From contig OY970320.1 of the NCBI GenBank assembly GCA_963716745.1, positions 2,208,001-2,272,000 on the forward strand: DNA of 64,000 nucleotides. Direction: 5' to 3'. Source of the DNA: an uncultured Gemmatimonadaceae bacterium. GTDB lineage: Bacteria > Gemmatimonadota > Gemmatimonadetes > Gemmatimonadales > Gemmatimonadaceae. A program made the position numbers and the translations under genes. Shown piece after piece: positions 53,095 to 63,041 of the stretch (the first letter of the stretch is position 1; the number at the start of each line of letters is the position of its first letter). The notes under the pieces were generated by a model. It did not search any database. It was not told where the DNA came from and was given only the letters and a program-made list of their open reading frames with translations.

Positions 53095-54669
53095 ATGACG
53101 AAGAAGAAAGAACCGCCCGCCGGCGACACGGACGCCGAACTCCTCGCGCGCTTGCGCAGCACCACGGAGCTGCTCGAGCAGATCATCGCCGATCGGGGCG
53201 TGCTCGTGGGCATTCCGGCCGAGGAACGGAGACGCCTGCTGCACGCGGTGGGGCAGGTCTACCATCCCGACGCGAATGCGCGCCGGCAGATGGTGCGCGC
53301 CACGACGCGCCGGCGCAAAGCCGAGCGCATCAAGAAGGAGGACAAGTCGCTCCACGCGACCGGCATCCGCACGCTGCGGCGCCAGACGGTGTTCACCACG
53401 CCCAACGTCTTCCCGCCCGAGGGATTCACACAGCAGGACATGGACGCCGAGCCCGAATTCCGCGAGGCGCTCGATCCGCAGCATTGCTACGTCTGCAAGA
53501 AGAAGTTCACGAAACTGCACCACTTCTACGATCAGCTCTGCCCCACGTGCGCGGAGTTCAATTTCGAGAAGCGCACGGAGCTCGCCGACCTGCGCGGCCG
53601 CGTGGCGCTGCTCACCGGCGGACGCGTGAAGATCGGCTACCAGGCCGGACTCAAGCTGCTGCGCTGCGGCGCGCGGCTGATCGTCACGACGCGCTTTCCG
53701 CGCGACTCGGCGCAGCGCTATGCGAAGGAGCCGGATTTCGCGGAGTGGGGCGATCGCCTCGAGATCTTCGGTCTCGACCTGCGGCACACGCCGAGCGTGG
53801 AAGCGTTCTGTCACGAGATGCTCACGACGCGCGACCGGCTGGATTTCATCGTGAACAACGCGTGCCAGACCGTGCGCCGTCCGCCGGATTTCTACGAGCA
53901 CATGATGGCGGGTGAGAAGGCGGCGCTGCGCGACATGTCGCGCGAGGTGCGCAAATTGCTCGGCGCGTACGAGGGGCTGCGCGGCTATCACATGCTGCCC
54001 GAGTCGGAGGGGACGGGTACCGCGGCGGTGCCGACGGATCGGAGGCTGACCGATGTCGCGGGCATTACGCACGCGGCGGAACTGTCGCAGCTCAAACTGT
54101 TGCCCGAGGAGCGCGAGGCGCAGAAGGCGCTCTTCCCCGAGGGGCGGCTCGACCAGGACCTGCAGCAGGTGGACCTGCGCGAGCGAAACTCCTGGCGCCT
54201 GCTCATGGCCGAAGTGCCGAGCGTGGAACTGCTCGAGGTGCATCTCGTGAACGCGGTGGCGCCGTTCATCTTCAATGCGCGCTTGAAACCGCTCATGACG
54301 CGCACGCCGGAGCGCGACAAACACATCGTGAACGTGTCGGCGGTGGAAGGGCAGTTCTACCGGAAGTTCAAGACCACGCGGCATCCGCACACGAACATGG
54401 CGAAGGCCGCGCTGAACATGATGACGCGCACGGCGGCCACGGATTACCAGCACGACGGCATCCACATGAACAGCGTGGACACGGGGTGGGTGACCGACGA
54501 GGACCCGGTGGAGATCGCGGCGCGGAAGGTGGCGGAGCATCGCTTCCATCCGCCGCTCGATATCGTGGACGGGGCGGCGCGCATCGTGGATCCGATCATC
54601 GCGGGCATCAAGACCGGAGATCATGTCTGGGGGCAGTTCCTGAAGGACTATCAGCCCACAGATTGGTAG
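53095..54669 (+). CDS. Atypical SDR-family oxidoreductase with CxxC...CxxC Zn-finger
   Basis: CYVCK..CPTC, TGGRVKIG, NNA, VNVSA, HTNMAKAAL, VDTGW; start uncertain. Confidence 0.85.
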   Translation: MTKKKEPPAGDTDAELLARLRSTTELLEQIIADRGVLVGIPAEERRRLLHAVGQVYHPDANARRQMVRATTRRRKAERIKKEDKSLHATGIRTLRRQTVFTTPNVFPPEGFTQQDMDAEPEFREALDPQHCYVCKKKFTKLHHFYDQLCPTCAEFNFEKRTELADLRGRVALLTGGRVKIGYQAGLKLLRCGARLIVTTRFPRDSAQRYAKEPDFAEWGDRLEIFGLDLRHTPSVEAFCHEMLTTRDRLDFIVNNACQTVRRPPDFYEHMMAGEKAALRDMSREVRKLLGAYEGLRGYHMLPESEGTGTAAVPTDRRLTDVAGITHAAELSQLKLLPEEREAQKALFPEGRLDQDLQQVDLRERNSWRLLMAEVPSVELLEVHLVNAVAPFIFNARLKPLMTRTPERDKHIVNVSAVEGQFYRKFKTTRHPHTNMAKAALNMMTRTAATDYQHDGIHMNSVDTGWVTDEDPVEIAARKVAEHRFHPPLDIVDGAARIVDPIIAGIKTGDHVWGQFLKDYQPTDW

Positions 54670-54724
54670 GGCGCGGGACTTGGGGCTCGGGACTCGCCGC
54701 GGGACGCGCAACTACGGGAGGTCC

Positions 54725-55837
54725 ATGCGCTATCGAAGGATGCCGATCGAGGTCGAGTCTCCCGAGGAGATGGGGTACGCCTCCATCCGCTGCAATCTGG
54801 CGGAGAGTTCAATGCGGGACCGGGTGCTCGGGGATCTTGGGCTCGACGTGGACCTCGGGAAGACGATCCTCCTTTATGGCGATCATCGGGGGCATCCGGA
54901 GCTGCGGGCGTTGCTCGCTGGCGAGAGTGGGTGCTCGGCGTCCCAGGTGCTCCTCACGCCGGGCGCAGCGGGAGCGCTGTTCATCGTTTCCACGAGCCTG
55001 CTCTCGGCGGGCGATCATCTCGTGGTGCTGCGGCCCAACTACGCGACCAATATCGAGACGCCGCGCGCGATCGGATGCGACATCTCGTTCGTCGAACTGT
55101 CGCTCGACAAGGGATTCCGCTACACCGCCAGCGACATCGCGGCGGCGATGACGCCGCGTACGAAGCTCGTGAGCATCACGAATCCGCATAACCCCACCGG
55201 CACGGTGCTCGATCAGGCGGAGCTGGCGCGGATCGTCGAAACGGTATCGGCGCGCGGCGCGTATCTGCTCGTGGACGAGACCTACCGGGACCTCACCGTT
55301 TCGACGCCGCGGCCCTTCGCGACCACGTTGAGCGATCGCGTGATCAGCGTCGCGTCGCTCTCCAAGGCGTACGGCATGCCGGGGCTCCGCATCGGCTGGC
55401 TCATGACGCGCGATACCGAGCTCAACGAGACATTCTTGGCGGCCAAGGAACAGATGCTCATTTGCGGCGCCGTGCTCGATGAGGAGATCGGCTATCGCGT
55501 GTACAAGCGCCGCACGCAGGAGCTGCCCAAGATCGCCGCTTCAGTACAGCGCGGCGTCGCGTCGCTCACGGCGTTCATGGCGCGCGAGCCGGCTATGGAG
55601 TGGGTCGCGCCGGCGGGCGGCGTCGTGGCGTTCCCGGCCATCCGGAAGGACGCCGGCGTGAACGTGCCCAAGTTCTACGAGACGCTGAACGGGGCGCACG
55701 CGACATTCGTGGGGCCCGGCCACTGGTTCGAGCAGCACGACCGGTTCATGCGCGTCGGATTCGGCTGGCCCTCGGCGGGAGAGTTCGAGGAAGGACTGCA
55801 GAACATCAGCGCGTCCATCGCCACGGCGCGCATGTGA
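54725..55837 (+). CDS. PLP-dependent aminotransferase class I/II
   Basis: NPHNPTG, DETY, SLSKAYGMPGLRIGW. Confidence 0.92.
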   Translation: MRYRRMPIEVESPEEMGYASIRCNLAESSMRDRVLGDLGLDVDLGKTILLYGDHRGHPELRALLAGESGCSASQVLLTPGAAGALFIVSTSLLSAGDHLVVLRPNYATNIETPRAIGCDISFVELSLDKGFRYTASDIAAAMTPRTKLVSITNPHNPTGTVLDQAELARIVETVSARGAYLLVDETYRDLTVSTPRPFATTLSDRVISVASLSKAYGMPGLRIGWLMTRDTELNETFLAAKEQMLICGAVLDEEIGYRVYKRRTQELPKIAASVQRGVASLTAFMAREPAMEWVAPAGGVVAFPAIRKDAGVNVPKFYETLNGAHATFVGPGHWFEQHDRFMRVGFGWPSAGEFEEGLQNISASIATARM

Positions 55838-56595
55838 GGCGAGTGCTCGCGGCTGGCGCACTCTTGGCGGCGGTCGCGTCCGCTACCGCGCAGACCGACG
55901 AGATCCAGGTCTACGACGGCGCCATCGCCAAGCCCGGCGAGCTCACGATCACGCTCCACACCAACTTCGTAGCGAGCGGCGATACGACGCCCGGATTCCC
56001 GGGAGCGGTGACCGCGAACCACTCGCTGAATGGCGTTCCCGAGTTCGGCTATGGCGTTGCCGATTGGTTCGAGGCAGGATTGTATCTGCCACTCTGGAGT
56101 CTCGATGCGCATGAGGGATTCGGGCTTAATGGCTTCAAGCTGCGCGCGCTGTTCGTGTCGCCGAACGCCGACGATCGAAAGTTCGCGTACGGCGTGAATT
56201 TCGAATTCAGCGTGAACGCGCCGCGCTGGGACCCCAAGGAGTTCACCTCGGAGATCAGAATGATCCTCGCATGGCATCTCAAGCCGGTGGACATCATCGT
56301 GAATCCGATCTTCGACACCGACTATTCCACTTTCGAGAATCTCGATTTCGCCCCCTGCGCGCGCATCGACTACAACGTGGGCACCGTGTGGTCGTTCGCG
56401 CTCGAGGAATACTCGGACTATGGCCCGGTGCACGACATCCAACCGTGGAACGATCAGTCGCACCAGCTTTTCGCGGTGGTGGACCACTACGGCAAGACAT
56501 GGGATGCCGAGTTCGGAGTGGGCGTGGGACTCACGAGCGCATCCGACCGGCTCACGCTCAAGATGATCCTGGCCCGTTCCCTGAACGGAAAGTGA
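55834..56595 (+). CDS. Putative outer-membrane beta-barrel protein
   Basis: GTG start overlapping the previous stop; signal peptide; EIQVY, E.GYG..DWFE.GLY, amphipathic strands. Confidence 0.7.
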   Translation: MRRVLAAGALLAAVASATAQTDEIQVYDGAIAKPGELTITLHTNFVASGDTTPGFPGAVTANHSLNGVPEFGYGVADWFEAGLYLPLWSLDAHEGFGLNGFKLRALFVSPNADDRKFAYGVNFEFSVNAPRWDPKEFTSEIRMILAWHLKPVDIIVNPIFDTDYSTFENLDFAPCARIDYNVGTVWSFALEEYSDYGPVHDIQPWNDQSHQLFAVVDHYGKTWDAEFGVGVGLTSASDRLTLKMILARSLNGK

Positions 56596-57140
56596 GCGCC
56601 CGCACTCGCTGGTGTCTCGCGTTCGCCGCGCTGCTCGCCGCGACCGCGCCGGTGCCCGCGCAGGATGTCCTGTCATTCACCGTCCCCGCGGCGCCCTGGT
56701 ATCTCACGCTGCCCAAGGGCAGGATCACCGTGCAGGAGCAGAAGGTCGATACCAGCGGACGTTCCGGATATTTCACCATGACCGATGGCGCGGGTGACAT
56801 CACGATCACGTTCAACATCCAACCGGCGGTCATGTGCCACGACAGCGCCGCATGCCGCGACAGTCTGCGGGCGCGTGGCAATCCCGAATGGACGAACGCC
56901 GAGCGCAAGTCGGACGGCAAGATCGGCGACATCTCCTACTTCGAGTTCTACATCGCGTCCTACGGCGGGATCCCGGTGAAGCAGGAGAACGTCTACGCTG
57001 AGTTCGTGCACGACGGATTCTGGGTGGATCTGCACATCTCCAAGGTGCAGTACACCAAGGAAGCTCACGTGCTATTCGAGAATATCGTGAAGTCCATCCG
57101 CTTCGTGTCGAAGGAGCAGAAGCCGGCGAAGGGACGGTGA
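56592..57140 (+). CDS. Hypothetical secreted protein
   Basis: GTGA coupling; signal peptide; W.DLHISK. Confidence 0.65.
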   Translation: MSARTRWCLAFAALLAATAPVPAQDVLSFTVPAAPWYLTLPKGRITVQEQKVDTSGRSGYFTMTDGAGDITITFNIQPAVMCHDSAACRDSLRARGNPEWTNAERKSDGKIGDISYFEFYIASYGGIPVKQENVYAEFVHDGFWVDLHISKVQYTKEAHVLFENIVKSIRFVSKEQKPAKGR

Positions 57141-57141
57141 C

Positions 57142-57831
57142 GTGAGAGTCCTGCTCTTCGGCGCCACCGGCATGGCGGGACGCGCCGTGTTCGAGGCGTG
57201 CATCGCGTCGCCGGTGGTCACGCAGCTGCGCGCCGTGACCCGAAGACCGCTCACCGACCCCTCGCGGAAATTCGTCAGCGTGGTGCACACGGACCTGGGC
57301 GACCCGGCGGCGATCGAGTTGGCGTTCGTGGACGTGGACGTCTGCCTCTTCTGCGTTGGGATCTCGGTGAGCCAGGTGTCCGGCGAGGACGAGTACCGGC
57401 GGATCACCTATGACTTCCCGCTCATCTCAGCGGACGCGCTGCGCAAGTGCAGCCCGGCGGCGCAATTCCAATACCTGAGCGGCGACGGCGCCGGCCTCGA
57501 GAGCCGCTTCATGTGGGCGCGCGTGAAGGCGGAGGCCGAGCGCGATCTCATCGAGGTGTTTCAGGCCGTGTGCTGGCGCCCCATGGCGATCGGCGCGAAG
57601 CCCTCGGGCAACACGCCGTTCGCGTTCAAGCTCGTGCGGCCGTTCTTCCCGCTGCTCAAGTATTCGCGGCGACTCTTCGTGAGCGGCGAGGACCTCGGCC
57701 GCGCGATGCTGCAAGCGCAGATCGCGGGAGTGCGCAGCCGTGTGCTGCACTCGGCGGAGATTCGGGATTTCGCGGATCGATATAGTGCATCGCACATCGG
57801 GCATCGTGCATTGGGGCCTCGAGCCGTCTAG
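57142..57831 (+). CDS. NAD(P)-binding epimerase-like (atypical SDR) protein
   Basis: FGATGMAG, C.FC.G.S, MWARVK..AE. Confidence 0.85.
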   Translation: MRVLLFGATGMAGRAVFEACIASPVVTQLRAVTRRPLTDPSRKFVSVVHTDLGDPAAIELAFVDVDVCLFCVGISVSQVSGEDEYRRITYDFPLISADALRKCSPAAQFQYLSGDGAGLESRFMWARVKAEAERDLIEVFQAVCWRPMAIGAKPSGNTPFAFKLVRPFFPLLKYSRRLFVSGEDLGRAMLQAQIAGVRSRVLHSAEIRDFADRYSASHIGHRALGPRAV

Positions 57832-57841
57832 GAGGAGATTC

Positions 57842-58492
57842 ATGTTCGTCGGGCATTACGGTGCAAGCTTCGCGGGGAAGAAGGTGGATACGACGGTGCC
57901 GCTCTGGGTGCTCTTCCTCGCGGTGCAGTGGCTCGATGTCATGTGGAGCGTGCTGGTGTTCGCCGGTGTCGAGAAGGTGCGCATCGCGCCCGGCTTCACA
58001 GGCACGAATCCGCTCGACCTCTACTACATGCCGTACACGCACGGGCTGATCACCGCACTCCTCTGGTCATTCGGCGCGATGTTGGTGTACCGCTCATTCT
58101 GGCATGGCGCGACCGCGCGCGCGGGTTGGGTCGTCGCGGCGGCCGTCCTCTCGCATTGGGTACTCGACTTCATCGTCCACACACCCGACCTGCCACTATA
58201 CGGGAACAGCGCGAAGGTCGGACTCGGGCTGTGGAATATGCCCGCTCTGTCACTCGGTCTCGAGATCGTAGTCTTCTTCGGCGGACTCTGGTTGTACTTC
58301 AGCACGGGCGTGAGGCGCCGCGCGCAGTTCGTGATCTTCGGTGTGGTGATGTTCGCCGTGCAGATCTTCAGTTCATTCGGCCCGCCGCCGCCGACGGATA
58401 GGGCGATGGCGGCGGAAGCATTCTCGGCTTACATCATGTTCGCCGCGATCATCGCGTGGTTGGAGAAGCGAGAGATCGCCGCGAGAGCCTAG
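57842..58492 (+). CDS. Membrane protein, metal-dependent hydrolase-like
   Basis: MFVGH, YTHGL, SHWVLD..VH; several TM helices; AGGAGGAG RBS. Confidence 0.75.
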   Translation: MFVGHYGASFAGKKVDTTVPLWVLFLAVQWLDVMWSVLVFAGVEKVRIAPGFTGTNPLDLYYMPYTHGLITALLWSFGAMLVYRSFWHGATARAGWVVAAAVLSHWVLDFIVHTPDLPLYGNSAKVGLGLWNMPALSLGLEIVVFFGGLWLYFSTGVRRRAQFVIFGVVMFAVQIFSSFGPPPPTDRAMAAEAFSAYIMFAAIIAWLEKREIAARA

Positions 58493-59887
58493 AACGGATT
58501 ATCCGGCAGCACGATGAATCGCGGCCGGTCCACCACCACGCCGTCGAGATGCAGCAGCGAGAGTCCCGACGCCCGCGGCGCCCTGCATCATTCCCGTCTG
58601 CGCGACCACATCCGCGGGCGAGATGCGGTTCTCGGCCTGGACCCACTTCATGCCGTCGCCATCCAGCGTCGCGCGCGCGAGTGTATCGTTCGCCACAGTC
58701 ACAGCGAATACGAGATGCCGGCGCTCCTTGGTGATCCCGTGCAGCGACACGAAGAACTCGCACACGCCTGAATTGCCGCAGCACTGCGAGATGTTGTTCC
58801 AGTAGCCCGAGAGATCGGGATGTTTCTCGGGCACGCCGCTGTCGATGATCCCCTGCGCGAGCTTCGGCACATAGCTGGTGTACTTCGAGTCGCCGGTCGC
58901 GACACCAAGCTGATGATAGAGTCGCGCGGTGCCCGCCGGCCCATGGCACCAGCTGAGATAGAAGAGATCCTCGCCGCCGGGCTCGTGATGGAAGACCTTC
59001 TTGCCTGTGGGTCCCGTGGGCGTCGCGATCGCGTCGAGATACGTCGCGCCCGCGATCGCCGCGTCGAGGAATGCGCGGTCCTTCGTCGCGAGGTACAGCG
59101 TCGCGAGAAAGTATGACACGCCCCCCGTGCCGTGCGAGAAGTTCGGATACAGTTTCGGCACTTCCGGCGCGAGCATCCACTTGAGCCCACCCTTCTCGGG
59201 GATCCCCACCTCGACGAGATGCCGCCCCGCGCCGATCGCCGCGTCGCGCGCCTTGGCGTCGCCGAGCGCTTTCTCCGCCCAGAGCATCGTGAGACCGATG
59301 CCCGCACTCCCGGCGATGATGTCGTTCACGCTGTTCCAGGCCATGCCGTTCCCCGCGGGCTTCGCGGCGGCATGCAGCAGCGACATCGCGCGCTGCGCCC
59401 CAGCGTAGTAGACATCGCGCCCGCTCGCGGCGTGGGTGCGCTCGAGCACGTATGCGAATCCGGCGGCGCCGGTGTACAGTCCCGCACCCTCGTCGCCGAG
59501 CTGCGACGCGTCGGCGGGAAGCGTCGCGATGAGATAGTCCGCGCCACTCGTGGCGCGCTCGAGCATCGCCGGATCCTTGGTGGCGGCGTACATCTCCAGA
59601 TAGAACAGCACGACGCCCGGCATGCCGTTGTACAAGTCCGTGCTGATGCTGTCGGGTTTGAGCGGATCCGCCGGCCACGCGGTGCCGCGCGCGTCACGCA
59701 CCGCGCTGCGCCTGATCCAGCGCTCGGCCTGGAACGACGCGTTGTACCACGGCCGGCTGGGCGCGAAGAAGTCGAGGAAGAACCGGCGCCATCCGGCCGG
59801 CGCGGTGATCATCGCCGCGAACGCCGCCCCGCGCTCGAGCAACGCGCGCCGCGTGAACCCCTCGTGTGAGCCGGTGTCGTACGCCAT
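58489..59887 (-). CDS. Tat-exported LanC-like (lanthionine synthetase C family) protein; frameshift near 58566
   Basis: TRRALL Tat motif; LY.G..G repeats, SHGTGG, WCHGPAG, QCCGNSG; C-terminus LSLLHLDG...PDNPF lies in another frame. Confidence 0.85.
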
Positions 59888-59978
59888 TCGCTATCCTATG
59901 GAAAGTCTCATGCGCATGTCAATGTGGGACTACTACAGTTCCGAGAGCTCTCAAAGCTCCGCGCGCGGGAACACAGCT

Positions 59979-60196
59979 ATCACGGTTCATGTTTAACGGG
60001 ATACGGCGGAGGAAGCGCGGATGCGCTGGATCGTTCCTTGGGTGCGAGGGGGCCGCTCTACCGAATCATGTTTGTGTCTTTGTTGTTAACAACAATAGCA
60101 ACGGCATGTTTGTGTCGCGGAGATCGGTTCCGCGCACGGGGCGATCCAGCGCATCCGCGCTTCCTCCGCCGCATCCCGTTAAACATGAACCGTGAT
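59979..60196. repeat. Palindromic element family A, copy 4 (218 bp, divergent interior)
   Basis: Same terminal arms and central TTGTTGTTAACAACAA; outer 16-bp IR at 59959-59974 and 60201-60216. Confidence 0.9.
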
Positions 60197-60312
60197 CCAC
60201 GTGTTCCCGCGCGCGGCCAGCCGCGGGCGCGCGGCGCCAGCCGTTCAGCTAGCCACATAGCATCTAAAGTCCTACTATTTGAATCTCACCTGATCGATCA
60301 CAGGAGCCACTG

Positions 60313-62367
60313 ATGCGCCATCGTCTGTTCTCTCTCGCCGCGGTCGCGGCGTGCGCCATGTCCGCTCACGCGCAGAAGGCCGCCTCCGATAAGCTCTCGC
60401 TCAAGGACATCTTCGAGCTCCAGTGGGCGGCCGATCCGCAGATCTCGCCTGACGGCAAGCGCGTCGTCTTCGAGCGCCAGGGCTTCGACATCATGAAGGA
60501 CAACACGAAGTCGTCGCTCTGGATCGTGAACGCCGACGGCTCCGATCTCCGGCCGCTGCTCGACCCCGCGCGGCAGGCCGGCAGCCCGCGCTGGTCGCCC
60601 GATGGCACGAAGCTCCTCTTCGTCGCCACGGTCGATGGCAAGAGCGACATCTTCGTCCGCTGGATGGACACCGGCGTCGAGGCGAAGCTCACGCATCTTC
60701 TCGAAGCGCCGCGTTCCATCGCGTGGTCGCCCGACGGCAAATGGCTCGCGTTCGACATGTTCGTGCCCGACGATCCGAAGCCGTTCGTGCAGCTTCCCGC
60801 GCCTCCGGCGGGCGCGGACTGGGGACCGCCGGTGCAGTTCATCGATCAAGTGCAGTACCGCTTCGACGGCCGCGGCTATCTCCGCCGCGGGCACGTGCAC
60901 ATCTTCGCGCTGCCCGCCGAAGGCGGCACGGCGCGCCAGATCACCGACGGCGCGTGGGATGATGGCGCGCCGGAATGGAGTCCCGACGGTGCGGCCATCG
61001 TCTTCTCCGGGAATCGCAGCGTCGATGCCGAGTATGAGCCGAACAACAGCGAGATCTATGAAGTACCCGCGGCGGGCGGCGTGGTGAAGACGCTCACCAC
61101 GCGTTACGGCCCCGATAACGAGCCCGTCGTCTCGCCCGACGGCAAGACCATCGCCTACACCGGATTCGACGACAAGCATCAGGGTTATCAAGTCACGCAG
61201 ATCTACCTCATGGATCGCAGCGGCTCGAATTCGCGCTCGATCTCCGCGAAGCTCGACCGCGACGCCGGCGGTCTCGTGTGGAGCCGCGACGGAAAGGGAC
61301 TCTTCTTCCAGTACGATGACCAGGGCGACACCAAGATCGGATTCATCACCACATCCGGCGCGACCTCCGTCCTCGCGTCGCACCTCGGCGGCCTCGACCT
61401 CGGCCGCCCCTACGGCGGCGGATCGTTCACCGTGGCGAACACGGGCCGCTTCGCGTTCAACATGACCGCGCCGGATCATCCCGCCGACATCGCGGTGGGC
61501 GCCGCGGGCCAACAGGTGGTGCGCCTCACGCAGCTCAACGCCGATCTCTTCGCGCATCGCAGTCTCGCGCCGGTCGAAGAGGTGTGGTTCGCTTCGAGTT
61601 TCGACCAGCGCAAGGTGGAAGGCTGGATCGTGAAGCCGGCCGGATTCGACGCGTCGAAGAAATATCCATTGTTGCTCGAGATCCATGGCGGGCCGTTCGC
61701 GAACTACGGCGCGCGCTACGCGACCGAGATCCAACTCTACGCGGCGGCGGGCTACGTGGTGCTCTACACGAACCCGCGCGGCTCCACGAGCTACGGCCAG
61801 GAATTCGGGAATCTCATCCATCACGATTACCCGAACCACGACTACGATGACCTGATGAGCGGCGTGAACGCGGTGATCGCGAAAGGCTACGTGGACACGA
61901 CGAACATGATGGTCACCGGCGGCAGCGGCGGCGGTGTGCTCACGGCGTGGATCGTCGGGCACACGAACCGCTTCCGCGCGGCGGTGGTGCAGAAGCCGGT
62001 GATCAACTGGTACAGCTTCGTGCTCACCGCCGACGCCGACGCGTTCTTCACGAAGTACTGGTTCCCCGGCATGCCGTGGGACAATCAGGAGCAGTACATG
62101 AAGCGCTCGCCGATCACGTACGTGGGCAACGTGACCACGCCCACGATGTTGATCACGGGCGCCGTGGACTACCGTACGCCGAGTTCGGAGGCGGAGCAGT
62201 TCTATGAGGCGTTGAAGCTGCGGAAGATCCCGACCGCGATGGTGCGCGTGCCGAACGCATCGCACGAGATCTCCGCGATCCCGAGCCACATGATGGCGAA
62301 GGTCGCGTACATCCTGGGATGGTTCGCTCAGTACCGCACGGGCACGGGCGTGCCGTTGACGCCGTAG
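60313..62367 (+). CDS. S9-family (prolyl oligopeptidase / acylaminoacyl) peptidase
   Basis: Signal peptide, PD40 propeller, IHGGP, GGSGGG nucleophile, D.R.P, SHEI. Confidence 0.93.
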   Translation: MRHRLFSLAAVAACAMSAHAQKAASDKLSLKDIFELQWAADPQISPDGKRVVFERQGFDIMKDNTKSSLWIVNADGSDLRPLLDPARQAGSPRWSPDGTKLLFVATVDGKSDIFVRWMDTGVEAKLTHLLEAPRSIAWSPDGKWLAFDMFVPDDPKPFVQLPAPPAGADWGPPVQFIDQVQYRFDGRGYLRRGHVHIFALPAEGGTARQITDGAWDDGAPEWSPDGAAIVFSGNRSVDAEYEPNNSEIYEVPAAGGVVKTLTTRYGPDNEPVVSPDGKTIAYTGFDDKHQGYQVTQIYLMDRSGSNSRSISAKLDRDAGGLVWSRDGKGLFFQYDDQGDTKIGFITTSGATSVLASHLGGLDLGRPYGGGSFTVANTGRFAFNMTAPDHPADIAVGAAGQQVVRLTQLNADLFAHRSLAPVEEVWFASSFDQRKVEGWIVKPAGFDASKKYPLLLEIHGGPFANYGARYATEIQLYAAAGYVVLYTNPRGSTSYGQEFGNLIHHDYPNHDYDDLMSGVNAVIAKGYVDTTNMMVTGGSGGGVLTAWIVGHTNRFRAAVVQKPVINWYSFVLTADADAFFTKYWFPGMPWDNQEQYMKRSPITYVGNVTTPTMLITGAVDYRTPSSEAEQFYEALKLRKIPTAMVRVPNASHEISAIPSHMMAKVAYILGWFAQYRTGTGVPLTP

Positions 62368-62387
62368 CGCGAACGGAGGGAGAGATC

Positions 62388-63041
62388 ATGAGACCGTCGA
62401 TCGCGGCTTGGTCCTGTTCGAGTGTCGCGTTGTTGCTCGCGGGCGCGCTCTCGGCGCAGAACACGACCGTGCGATGCGCCAATGGCACGACCGTGGCCGG
62501 CGATGCGGCGAGCGCATGCGTCTCGCACGGAGGCGTGAAGAAGATCCCGCCGGTCGCGCATCCGACGACTACGAAATCGGGCGCTGCGGGCGCGGTATCC
62601 GGTGGCGCGGCATCCGGTGGCGCCGCGGGCTCGGCCGGCGGCGCTGCAGGCGGGGCGGGTGCATCGGCCGGCGCGTCACCCGGCGCGGGCACCGCCGGCG
62701 GGAGTGCGGCCGGAGCAGCGGGCGGGAAGGGGGGCGCATCGGCTGGCGGTGGCGCGGCCGCTGGCGCAGCGGGAGCGAACGGCGCCGCGAGCGGTGCGCC
62801 GGACGCGGCCGGCGGAGCGGCGGCGTCGGGTGGCGCCGCCGGCAACAAGGGCGGAAGTGCGACTGGCGCCGCGGGCGGCGCTGCTGGAGCCGCCGGCGGC
62901 GCGCCGGTGGGCGGCGCTGCCGCGACTAGCAGCGTCGCGAAAAAGAAGCACACCGGCCAGTGCAAGGACGGATCCTACACCAGCGAGAAAGACAGAACGA
63001 CCGCGTGCGCGTCCCATGGCGGCGTGGCCAAGTGGTACTGA
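62388..63041 (+). CDS. DUF3761-like secreted protein with long Gly/Ala linker
   Basis: Two C..G.....C.SHGGV modules separated by a Gly/Ala-rich tract. Confidence 0.72.
   Translation: MRPSIAAWSCSSVALLLAGALSAQNTTVRCANGTTVAGDAASACVSHGGVKKIPPVAHPTTTKSGAAGAVSGGAASGGAAGSAGGAAGGAGASAGASPGAGTAGGSAAGAAGGKGGASAGGGAAAGAAGANGAASGAPDAAGGAAASGGAAGNKGGSATGAAGGAAGAAGGAPVGGAAATSSVAKKKHTGQCKDGSYTSEKDRTTACASHGGVAKWY

Noticed and set aside
23972..60196. Repeats as a CRISPR array
   Set aside because: Copies are kilobases apart with no regular repeat-spacer structure and no cas genes
59866..60313. Short ORFs containing SRFMFNG.RR. (also near 23933-24418 and 32276-32476)
   Set aside because: They are translations of the family A arms on either strand, with no independent coding evidence
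58489..62367. Lanthipeptide biosynthetic cluster (LanC-like plus S9 peptidase)
   Set aside because: No dehydratase or kinase-lyase and no Ser/Thr/Cys-rich precursor; both proteins carry export signals
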